Source of the DNA: Tubiluchus corallicola
Lineage: Eukaryota; Animalia; Priapulida
Assembly (NCBI GenBank): GCA_030141605.1
Contig: JAQGDQ010000592.1
Location: forward strand, 62,001-126,000
Direction: 5' to 3'
Length of the DNA stretch: 64,000 bases
The position numbers were made by a program, and so were the translations under genes. This document shows, one piece after another, positions 48,304 through 61,000 of this stretch. Below the pieces are notes generated by a model. That model ran no database searches, was not told the origin of the DNA, and saw nothing but the letters and a program-made list of their open reading frames with translations. Each line of letters begins with the position of its first letter. Within the stretch, counting starts at the first letter, position 1.

Positions 48304-48912
48304 GTAAGTAAGTATGCGCTGTTCATATAACTTGCGTTGTACTAGTATAATTGGAATGAAATTGCACGTATGCTTCACTAATAAATTGTACGCAAAGAAA
48401 TTTTTACTAAATTAGCGCAACTCGCCGGATTCGGACGCGCACGGAATATTTAATTACTCACTATTACAGTGACATTATTCAGCGTAGTATGTTTTTTCTG
48501 CTGACTTCTAAATACTATCAGAACAAATGCAATTACTATTTATTTATTTATTCTGAATAATCAAAAGTCTAATAGTCCAACTATTCAGGCCTATTCCGCA
48601 TTATTTTTCACTATTATAACCCAAGTTTGCACTTATTAAATTAACTAGGCAAAAATAATTACTCTTTTGCATTGGTTTACTCATTTACTAGTACAAAATT
48701 AATATTTATTTTATACGAGCATTGCGCGGAAGTTGCGGCGCGCGCGCTGGATGGATGAAGTTTAAACCAAGCATTTATTAAAAATCATGTTTTACAATAC
48801 ATACGGTATTATGCATTAGAGTGTTCTTTGATACGTTTTGGCAGGAAAAAAACATGGCTTATATGACTATGCTTTAAAATCTTAAATCATTAAATACTCT
48901 GCCCGTATTTGG

Positions 48913-49046
48913 TCAGCGAATTATTAAAAGACTTGCACGAATAGCTGAGAACAACATAATGATACGGATCATTGTTGTGACATGAACTGGAGCTCTGTCA
49001 GAGTTAGATACAGCGGCATCGAAACTTGCTCCTCTAAATCCATTCC
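48913..49046 (-). CDS. Last exon: GPI-anchor-like signal ([44 protein letters not shown])
   Basis: Strong tcttttttcag acceptor in phase 1; small residues S-N-S, spacer, hydrophobic tail ending at the stop; polyA signal ~135 nt downstream. Confidence 0.75.
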
Positions 49047-52000
49047 CTGAAAAAAGAATACGTAAGAATATCGACATAAAATATCATTTGAGGTTATAAA
49101 CCATCATTATATGTAGTATCCATGTTTTTTATTTATGTTGTATTTAAATTATAATAGGAATGATAATGATAGGAATGAAAAAAGAAAATGTTAATGCACA
49201 TTGTATAAATAAGTTATTAAACTCTTGTCACTTTTAGATCTCGCTAAAATAACTTAAAAAATACTCTTATGTGTCAAGTTAGCATTTATGGGCTGATCAC
49301 AGCACAAGTAGTTTTTTTTGTAAAAAATAAGAACTTATCAAACAGTTGTGAAAACTGTTAATATGTTACATATTTTTCACTTCTTTAAATACTAAAACAC
49401 GTGGGAAAAAAGAGCAATATAGACATTGAACATAATTAATTACTCTGTTTACTAACTTGATTTGCTAGAGAATGTTGGGCAACTACGGTTACTTTCAAAA
49501 AATGTATCACAAGTTGCCAAGGTATCAAAAAAAGTTATGACATCGTTTTGGAACTTTTAAGAGAACTTTCATTGTGACATCACAAAAAATTAAGTGTCAT
49601 TTTACCTAAATTACAATTATTTGCATTTGCTTTGCAGGCATCATTTGAGCCCAGAAACATTTTAAGCCATTTGTGCTTCTCACAGAAAACATTTGCAAAC
49701 AGAAAACCTGTCCTATGCTAAGATAATACTTGAAAGAAGACAATAAGCGTTTTGCACTTCTTAAGCACAGGTATTTAACAAAATACATACTATCGTATCT
49801 AAAAAACAAGAAAATTGCGTTTTTTAAATAAAGAACTTGCAAAGAAAGATACTTAACCAGGAGTCATAAAAGTTACAATATCACATAGAACATGCAGATT
49901 AATTGTTCACCTTGTTCACAATATTCTCCAGTATATCTTGGTGGACAATTACAAACAAACGTGTTTAACTCACTTATGCATGAACCTCCATTCCTGCAAG
50001 GATTTGATAAGCAATTGTCAACAACTGAAAAAAATGAATAGATGAAATTTACACCGAGAATAACTTTTATTTGTTAATGCGAGTTAGCAGAATTTGTGAA
50101 CATGATAATTATCTTTTTAGATAAGAGATATCAACACATCTATTTTACCACTTGTCAAAAACAACAATAGCAAATTACAAAAAAAGGAACAGGAAAAAAG
50201 CAACAAAAAAGATGCAGTTATCTATACTCATAGAGACGTGATAAAAAAGTTTAGTGACCACGACAATCTATGGGCTACCTACACACTACAGGTGACAGTG
50301 GATTACTAAAGTCCACTAATTGCTATTATTTTTATTTTGAACAACGAATTTGCTGCGAACTAAACTTGTTCAGAGACAAGAAGAATTAATTAGGACGTGT
50401 AGTGGGTCATGGCTGTCTGGGTTCGATGCTGTCTCTGGGGAGTTTCATTCATCATACTGTCTACCTTCTAGAGTGATGGTAATGATAGGAATGTTGCTTT
50501 AGTGGCTTACGTTTGAGAAATGTCTAGAGATCCAGATTCTGGTTGCTTGAGAAAATATTGAGTGGAGCTCTAGATTGTTGTATGCTCAATTTTCTTATAA
50601 AAAGAATATAATTTATAATCAGGATCTCATGCGTAATGATGATAAGTCCGTTTTGGTCAATTTGAGAAGGCATTCCAGTTCGTGAGTGAGTCTTGGGTGT
50701 GTGTATCTCTTAAATAAAATATTTTGCAATTCTGTACTATTATTATTAAATATTAGCTGAAATAGTGAAAAGCAGGAAATGACAAACGTTCTGGTACAGA
50801 TCCTAATTTTTTCATCGCATGCAACTGTCATATTACATGCAAGCTGCAGAAACTAAAGAATTTAAAATTAAATAAGCATTAATTTAGAATTCTCAGTTAC
50901 AATTTAAGTTAGAACTCTCAAGCGGAGTATATGTTTATTTGTGACTTGCTAGATTCATGCAATGGTCACAGAAGTGGGATATCATTGTTTTTGCTTCATG
51001 CTGTATCTTCTCCTACATTTTAAAGCCAGACCCACAATTTATTGAATAGTTAGGTTGTGTCAAAGCTTAGTGAATGGCAAAATGTGCATGGAGGAAAATT
51101 TTCTGCTTAAGAAAAACACGAATTCAAAGGCTACCAATCTTCGACAACAGTAATTTGCAGAGAACGTCATACAGCACTCCATCAACTGTCAATAGTCATT
51201 CGAACGCAGAAAGATTGCTTAGTAATTCGTGCTTTTCAGGGAAAATATTTGCAAATGACAGACCTGTGCAATGCTAAGACAACAAATGTTTTGAAACATG
51301 AAAAAAGGCAATAAAGGTCTAGCACCTCCTCAAGACAAAGATTTGACAAATATTCTATGGAGTCTAAAAAACAAATAACCTCTTGTTTGTATTGGATAAA
51401 GGGGCGTCTGAATAAAGGACTGAATCAGCGGTCATAAAATTTACAATATCATAAATGCATACAGATACCTTTCTCACAATTGTCTCCAGTATAATTAGTT
51501 GGGCAAATGCAATCAGTCCAGTTTAGGTTACTCATACATAGCCCTCCATTTTTGCAAGGATTAGGTGAGCACCGGTTGACAACTGGAAAAATTCGATTAG
51601 ATGAAACTTACATAAAGAAAGACTTTTACAAGTTAGTGCAATTCAACAGTGTACGTGAACACAAGAATAGCGTTCATCACAAAAACGAAAATCACGAATA
51701 CCGAAAATTTTCTGCCTAGGAGACAAAAGTCAAAATTGTGAGACAGCAAATTCAGAGGCAACAATCTTGAGCAAGGGTAATTTCCAGAGTACATCATACA
51801 CCACACTGTCAACTGTCAGTTGAAGCTCGAAAGGTTTCCTTGTTGTAAGTGTTTCTCCGGGAAAATATTTGCAAATGGCAGACATGTGTAATGTTAAGAC
51901 AATACGTGTTTTGAAACATGAAAACGCAATAAACGTTTTGCACTTCTTCTGCACAAAGAATTGTATGAAAACTAGCTATCACTTTTTTTAATAAAGAACC

Positions 52001-55000
52001 GTACAAAAGGAAAGATACCCAATCGCCAGTCATAAACGTTACAACATCATATCATACATAGATACCTTGTTCACAATAGCCTCCAGTATATCCAGAGGGG
52101 CAAATGCAATCAGTAGTCCAGTTTAGCCCTCTCTTGCATAAACCTCCATTTTTGCAAGGATTAGGTGAGCAATTGTCAACAACTGGAAAATATCAAACTT
52201 ACATTGAGAATGACTTTTATGAATTAGTGTCATTCATTAGTGCGAAAGAACAAAAGAATTGCATTTATCACAAAAACCAATTTTTCGTTTGTATAAGTGC
52301 AAAATGATTTTAATCATGTAGATAATCAAAAATTTTTATGTTGTTCTGCCTCAGACCATTGATTATCATGTTCAGTATTTTGTGCTCAGAGTAGTAATAA
52401 CACAAATTAGTAAGAAAGTATAGTACCCAGTATATATATATATGACGAGAATAATTTTCAATGCCAAGAATTGTAATGATTAATAAAAACACACACAGAA
52501 ATGATCAACATTTTAGTCTTGAGTCAATAAACTACAATTGACTATCTTCATTTTACAGGTAAATGTTAAAATGTTAACAAAAACAAAACAGTTATAAACA
52601 AGATGCAGTTATTAATACTGGTAGAGATGTGATAAATACCTTGTGAACAGTTATGTCCTTCGTATCCTGCTTCACAAGTGCAGGTGTAATTATTGATACT
52701 CTGTGTGCACGAGCCGTGAATACAAGGATCTGACAAACATTCATCAATATCTAAAAATAATTCACACCTAAAGGCATCAACCTTCTGGTAATATTTTAAA
52801 ATCTTTTTAAAACCTCCATTATTGCAAGGATCGTGTAAGCATTTGTCAACAAACGGAAAAAATCGAACTGACATTGAGAATGACTTTCATGAATTAGTGC
52901 AGTTCAACAGTGCCCATGAATTCACGAAACGGATTTTTTACTTTTATAAAGTTTTTATATTTTAGAATAACACGTTTGTTCCGCAAAATAAGACACTTAT
53001 TATAAGTTTGCAGATTACAGGCACAACAAACGATAATCGTTAATGAGTAGAGTGAACAGTGCACATAAATTTCCTCACAGGCTGTGAAAGTTACATGATT
53101 CAACCGTTTGCCAAACCATTACGAAAGAGAAGAAGACCAAGTATGTTTTCCACATCATACCACTGGCTTGAGAAATTGTGAGACCCAAGGCTTCAAAGAC
53201 ATTAAAAAATTGATGTTTTGCACCATGAAAATTGATGAATCAAAAATGCAATTACAATATTTTGTTTACGGTTGCAGTAGTTGATTAGCTTTAACAAAGT
53301 TGCACTTAAGTGGGCAAAAAGCTATTGAAATAGAGCTGTTAGCAAAACACGTTGCAATTGACAAGATTTGAAAAATAAAATACAGATATATTTATTGATT
53401 ACATAATAATGTGAAGGTCCATTAACACAAGGAGTAGATAAACATCCATCAAGGTTTGGAAAATATTGTAAACTAATTGTTTGTTTGTGTAGATACTAAG
53501 ACGAACCAGACTACATGGCTCATTAATTTACTTTACAACTGCAGCACAAATAGTTTTAGTGTGTTTGATAGACTTCTGGAATGATCAACTAGATTTTAAA
53601 TTATGAAAATAAACTTCCCATAAAGAAAAAAATGCAAAAGTTCCACAGTTTCGTTTACAGCTAGGAAGAGAAATCCTACTTCATTTTTCTAAATACTTTG
53701 AAACGTTCACTTTTGCTTTCTCATTTATATCTTTTGCTTTTCTGTTTATATGCATATCATGCTGTCCAAATTTAAGCACGTCGTAGACCCATATTTTTGC
53801 CAAATGTTCATAAATGCATTGATATCTTTAGAAACTTGCCAATGTGTATAACAGCAAGATGACGTTAATCATGTAGATAATCTGAAATGGCTAGGTTGTT
53901 ATGTGTCAGTCCCTTGATCACAATCAAATTTTTTTGCTAAGGACTAGTAATAACACAAATTAGTAAAGGACTACAGTACTCAACTTATTTGAAATTCTGC
54001 ATACTTGCATATAACAATGGTAATGTTGTTGTGTATATTATTATAAGAATAATTTCCAAACACAAGAACAGTAATGATAAATAAAAACGCTAGACAGAGA
54101 TGATGAACAAGACATTTCAGTCTTGAGTTCATCAAATCCAATGGGCTATCCTTATTTTACAGGTTAAAAAAAGCATAAATGTTAACAAAAAACAGTTATA
54201 AACAAGACACAGTCATTTATACTCGTAGAGATGTGATAAATACCTTGTGAACAGTTATGTCCTTCGTATCCTGCTTCACAAGTGCAGGTGTAATTATTGA
54301 CACTCTGTGTGCATGACCCATGAATACAAGGATCTGACAAACATTCATCAATATCTAAAAATAATTCACACCTAAATGCATCAACCAGCTGGTAATATTT
54401 TAAAACCATGTTTAGTGTCCACAACAACCCATGGTCTGGCTACACTTCAAGATATGCCTAAAAGTCCACAAAGAGTTATTATTCTCTATTTTGAATAAAA
54501 AAATTAAGCAAGACAATAAATGTTTTCTACTCTTCTGCACAAGGATTTGAAAAATACCCATTGCAATCTAAAAAAGTCATCACTTAAAATGTTTTTAAAT
54601 AAAAATGCAGATACCATGTTCACAATAGTCTCCAGTATATCCAGGTGGACAATCACAAACGAACAAGTTCAAGCTACTTTTGCATGTACCTCCATGCTCG
54701 CAAGGATCAGATAAGCAATTGTCAACAACTGGAAAAAATCGAACCTACTTTGAGAGTGACTTTTGTGAATTACTACATTTCAACAGTGCCCATGAACACA
54801 AGAAACGGAGCTTTACTTTTATATAATTTTTATATTTTAGGATAACCAAGGATGTCTCCCGTCGAACAACAAGTTTGTTCCACAAATTAAGACATTTCTT
54901 ATCAGCTTGCAGATTAAAGCACAACAAATGGTAATCGTTAACAAGTAGTGTGAACAGTGCACTTAAATTTCCTCGCAAATTGACAGACTGTGACAGTCAC

Positions 55001-58000
55001 ATGGTTCAGGCATGAGCCAAGCCATTACAAATGGGAAGATGCTTGAGACCACTGAATATTTTTCACATCATACCACTGGCTTGAGAAAATGACGAGACCC
55101 TAGATTTTAAAGACATTTATAAAATCAACATTGGACGCCAGGAGAATTGATGCCATAAAATAACAACTACAATATTTTGTTTACAGTTACAGTAGTTGAT
55201 TAACTTTAACAAAGTTGCATTTAAGTGCACAAAACAAAATATTGAAATTGAGCCATTAACAAAATACGTCGCAATTGACAATGACTAGTGCAAGATTTGA
55301 AAAAAAAAATACACGTGTATATATTGCATCCATAATAACGCTTAGCTCCATTAACACATGGAGTAGATAAATATTCATCAATCTCTGCAAAATATTGTAA
55401 AATATTAGTTAGTACTCATATTATGTTAACCATTATTTTAATGATATTAATCATGTAGATAAAGAGAAGTTGTTAAGTTTTTTGTGGCAGTCCAATGATC
55501 ATCATAATCAAAATTTTTTGTTCAGAGAAGTAATACACAACTTATTTGTAATTCTGAAAATTTGCATGCAAAAAACTGTAATGTTGTTGTGTATATATTA
55601 TTATAGGAATAAATCCCAATGACAAGAATTGTACTGATAAATAAAAACATAACAAAACAAGACATTTCAGTCTTGAGGGCATCAAACGTAATAGGCTATC
55701 TTTATTTTACAGGTAGAAAGAAAATGTTAGTAAAAAAAACTATTTATAAACAGGATGCAGTTATTTATACTCTTAGAGATGTGATAAATACCTTGTGAAC
55801 AGTTGTGCCCTTCGTATCCTATTTCACAAGTGCAGGTGTAATTATTGACACTCTGTGTGCATGAGCCGTGAATACAAGGATCTGACAAACATTCATCAAT
55901 ATCTGAAAAAAATTCACATTTAAAGACATCAACCTACTGGTAATATCTTAAAATCATGTTTATGTCCACGACAACCTATGGTCTGCCTACACTTCTTGGG
56001 TGAAAAGATATGCCCAAAAGTCCACAAAGAGTTATTATTATCTATTTTGAATAACAAATTTAAGCAAGCTACGGATACCATTTATTATCAAAAGTCATTT
56101 GAACCCGAAAAAAATTATTTTGGTTTCTCCTTCTTAGGGAACATTTGCAAACAGCATACTGTGCAATACTAGTTGACAGTGACACTGTAATGAAAATAAT
56201 TGTATTGAAAAATAAAAACAAGCAATAAATATTTTGCACTCTTTAGCACAAGGATTTGGCAAATATTCTTTACAATCTAAAAGTCAACACTTAAATTGTT
56301 TTTTTTAAAAATGTAGATACCTTGTTCACAATAGTCTCCAGTATATCCAGGTGGACAATCACAAGCAAACGAGTTCACGCCATTCATGCATGATCCTCCA
56401 TTCTTGCAGGAATCGGGTAAGCAATTGTCAACAACTGAAAAAAATCAAATATACATTGAAAATGAATTTTATGAGTTAGTGCCATTGAACCATGCCCAAA
56501 AATTGTATTCCTGACAAAAAAACGAAAATTTTCTGCCTAAGAGACGAAAATCTAAATTCTGAAGCCACAAATTCAAAGGTTGCCAATCTTGAGCAAAAGT
56601 AATTTGCAGATTACATCATACATTACTCCATCAACTGTCAATACTTATTTGAACCTAGAAAGATTTCCTTGTGATTTAGGTTATGTACTAGAGAAGACAG
56701 ACTTAGCAAGTCGTTGGTAGGTGCTGAGTGCACTGGTTACAGTTGGTTATCTTCCAGGGCCAAGCTGAACCATTATTTAAATGTAACCAGCTGTGCTCCT
56801 GCCTCAGACAGTGGCGATGGTCTAAGTAGTGTTCGGGGGGGGGGGGGCTGCTGAGCAGTATGTTATATTTTGTGTTGGTGAGATCAGGAATTTAAGACAG
56901 CTCAGCACAGCAAAAATGTTATTAAATAAAATAATAATTGAACAAAACAGCACAGTGGTTATTAAACTAAATGAAACATTAAATCTTCTTCGAAATTGAT
57001 TCAATAACTGAATAACTGAATTCAATAACAGTTACTAATACGGGTAGAGATGTAATAAATACCTTGTGAACAGTTATGTCCTTCGTATCCTGCTTCACAA
57101 GTGCAGGTGTAATTATTGACACTCTCTGTGCATGAGCCATGAATACAAGGATCTGNNNNNNNNNNNNNNNNNNNNNNNNNNNNNNNNNNNNNNNNNNNNN
57201 NNNNNNNNNNNNNNNNNNNNNNNNNNNNNNNNNNNNNNNNNNNNNNNNNNNNNNNNNNNNNNNNNNNNNNNNNNNNNNNNNNNNNNNNNNNNNNNNNNNN
57301 NNNNNNNNNNNNNNNNNNNNNNNNNNNNNNNNNNNNNNNNNNNNNNNNNNNNNNNNNNNNNNNNNNNNNNNNNNNNNNNNNNNNNNNNNNNNNNNNNNNN
57401 NNNNNNNNNNNNNNNNNNNGGGTGGACAATCACAAACGAACAAGTTCAAGCTACTTTTGCATGAACCTCCATTTTTGCAAGGATCCGATAAGCAATTGTC
57501 AACAACTGGAAAATATCAAACTTACATTGAGAGGGACTTTTATGCACTAGCACGATAGTGCCCATGAACACTAGAAACTGATTTTGTACTTTAAAAAGTT
57601 TTATAATTTTTTATAATAACTGAGCATGGTACTCCGTCAAACAACACATTTTTTCTACATTTATTATAAGATTGTAGACAACAAATATAAGAAAAAAAGG
57701 TAATAAGGTAGTGTGAACAGTGCTTATAAGTTTCCCCACGTATCAACATACTGGGAAAGCCTCATGTTTCAAGATTGGTCCAAACTACTACAAAAGGGAA
57801 GAAGCTCGAAACTGCAGTGTGTTTTTCACATCATACCACTGGCTTGAGAAATGATGACATCCAAGTTTTCAAAGACATTAAAAATGAAGATTGTTGATTA
57901 ACGTTTACAAGGTTGCATTTAAGTGCACAAGCAGAATATTGTAATAGAACCATTTACAAAACATGTTCCAATTGACTATGACAAGTATGAGATTTGAAAA

Positions 58001-61000
58001 ATAAAATAAGATTAAATAAAATAAGCGTAGTGAATGCTTACAAAAGGAAAAATGATTTGAAATTATAATAATTTTAAAAATGAGTTCACAAAAGATAGCT
58101 CAATATTTCATGTAATTTTTTTAGATTTTTAGATCTATAAGTACAGTTAAACTCCAAACATTCTGCAAAGTTTAGGTACGAAATAAGTTACGACAGGTCT
58201 TTTTAATCATCACATCAAACGTAAAAAAACACGATGTAAATTTAACTGTTGCTGAATAAGGGAATGTTTACTAAGCAATTTTATTAGGTTGTTTTACTTC
58301 ACCATTGCAGACAAAGTAACAGCAGTCTACAAAAGTGGACAATTAATCTATTGTTTAGCCTGTGTCTATTTGTAAGGAAAAAGACTCATATCAGCAAATT
58401 TTATGTACCTTGTTCACAGTTTTCCCCAGTATATCCGCTTGCACACATACAGATATAACTGTATTCTCCTTCTATACACGTACCACCATTTTTACATGGT
58501 TCAGAAGCACACATGGAAAGAACTGAAGAAATAACAAGTACTTGTCAAGCAATTTAATTAAGCCTTTCAATAATTACTTGTTTTTGCATTTTTACAAATT
58601 GGCATTTCTTCAGTGTGTTTGAAACGAAGCCAGTCTTAGTCTTGTGACCTAAGCTTTTGTAGAATATGACACCTATCAATTGCACCTGGTTTTTACACCT
58701 AGTTTGATTTTCTGTTTGCACAATGATAATCATGTCGTTTGCTGGAACACGAAGTACTTTGCTTATTTTCTTATAAGTTGATAGTCATCATTAAAGTATT
58801 GTCAACCCAAAGTTGATCTTCTTTAATAATCATTTAAATCATGAAAAGTTGCTTCAAGTCTCTGAAATTATAAAGCAATAATTTGTTTCAGGCTTCTTAA
58901 ATATGATTTTTTCATCTTTGTCTTAGTAAATAGTAAATAGCCTTTAGCACGTTTTTATACACATTTTGTTATCTATTTGGCTGTGTCATTATAGTTAGGC
59001 CTCTGCAAAAATATCTGGGTTATAAATGCTGTAGAAATTTGCAATCATTTTATTGAAGGTGAGGCGTATTGTATATAATGAGGTATACAATCCTATTGAG
59101 GTACACAATGTTGACCTTAATCACAAAATTGATCAAATAGTCATAAAGTTAGCAATATGATTTTTAACAGTATTTGTATCCTTTCTTAATGCTGTCTCTA
59201 GATCAACTAAAACTTGCATGCCTGAGAGTATTGAGCTGTAATCAAATGACCAGAGACTCAAGTTCCTATTGGAAGGTACATTACAGTCATGCTTACAGAC
59301 CATAAATGGAAAGGTCACCTATACTCTACAGACTTCAAGTTAAACCAAAATCAAAGTCTACTTGGCTTCTTTGATAGCAGAACAAAGAATATTGGTTTAC
59401 AGAAAGCTGTGTTATAATGTTATAATTGTTTTCTATTTAAACTCGAATAAGAGAGTTAGAACCAGAATTAAAGCTTGAAATTAACAACCTAATTACTCTG
59501 ATTAATGACTATCTATCAAAGCAAAAGGAAATAATATTTAGAAACAAAAAATCAATCTCTGACAAACTTTGTACAATTAGAGTAAAACAACGACTGTAGA
59601 TGGCAGCATAGACTAATTCAGTACCTTAGTGTAGTAGACTGACAATTAAATGGATCACATAATACTACAATTGCATACTTGGTACAATAAGCGACAAATG
59701 CACTTATATCAATAATGTGCCACTTATCTCAACATTGACTTAAGCCACTTATCCCAACATTGACTTAAGCCACTTATCCCAACTTTGACTTAAGCCACTT
59801 ATCCCAACGTCGACTTAAGCCACTTATCCCAACATTAACTTAAGCCACTTATCCCAACATTAACTTAAGCCACTTATCCCAACATTAACTTAAGCCACTT
59901 ATCCCAACATTAACTTAAGGCACTTATCCCAACATTAACTTAAGCCATTTATCCCAACGTCGACTTAAGTCACTTATCCCAATGTCGACTTAAGCCACTT
60001 ATCCCAACATTAACTTAAGGCACTTATCCCAATGTCGACTTAAGCCACTTATCCCAACATTAACTTAAGGCACTTATCCCAAAGTTGACTTAAGCCACTT
60101 ATCCCAACGCCACTTATCCCAACATTGACTTAAGCCACTTATCCCATCATCGACTTAAGCCACTTATCCCATCATTAACTTAAGCCACTTGTCCCAACAT
60201 CGACTTAAGCCACTTATCCGAATGTTGACTTAAATCACTTTGCGCTTCTGTAATCATGAACGGTGTGGCAATTTCTGTGTTTGCATGAAGTATGAGATTA
60301 CCACTGCCCCTATGATGGCATTAATTGATTGTATAATGTTTCATAACGTATTTCAAGCATCGTAATGCTTGCAAAAATGTGGTGATAGCGAAAAAGAGTA
60401 ATGTTGCTTTTGACTGCCCCAGCATTTACTGAATATAAATCTTACTGCATTTTTTTGTTAAGAATTTCATTACACAATTTAGTATTGAAATACACCTGTA
60501 TAGTGTATAATCGATGCCTATAATATTTTTGCTGTTTAGGACATCTTGAGGTTTCAATGTCCATTTTACATACTCACTTGTAGTTGTAGTAGATGTCGTA
60601 GATGTAATTGTTGTTGTCTCTAAGCATGTCTCTAAAATGTCCTTCGCTTTCGCGCCACTTAATTGCGGCTGTGAACAGTCCATATTGGCAATTCTAAATT
60701 TCTTGTTGCGCAGCCACAATAAATTGCAGTCGCAGATCAGACTGTTACCTGCAAAAAAATTCTGAGAGTTTTCAGCATTTTCTTAAGAAATATTTTTTAA
60801 CTGCTTTTATAATTGTCGTAAGTTATCATCTGCTAGTCAATATTTGAGTAAGTAAAATCGTCTTAGTCGCCGCATTGTAGTACCATCTAGATTATGAATA
60901 ATTAACCACATTTAACAGAAAATCTTAATTAATAATTATTTTGGTGGACGAATATTTTGTAGAACTAAGAATATATCGTTTAACAGTGAAAATCAGGAGA

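Noticed and set aside
56979-57558. Long ORFs spanning 57-57.5 kb
   Set aside because: Artefacts of translating through the N gap.
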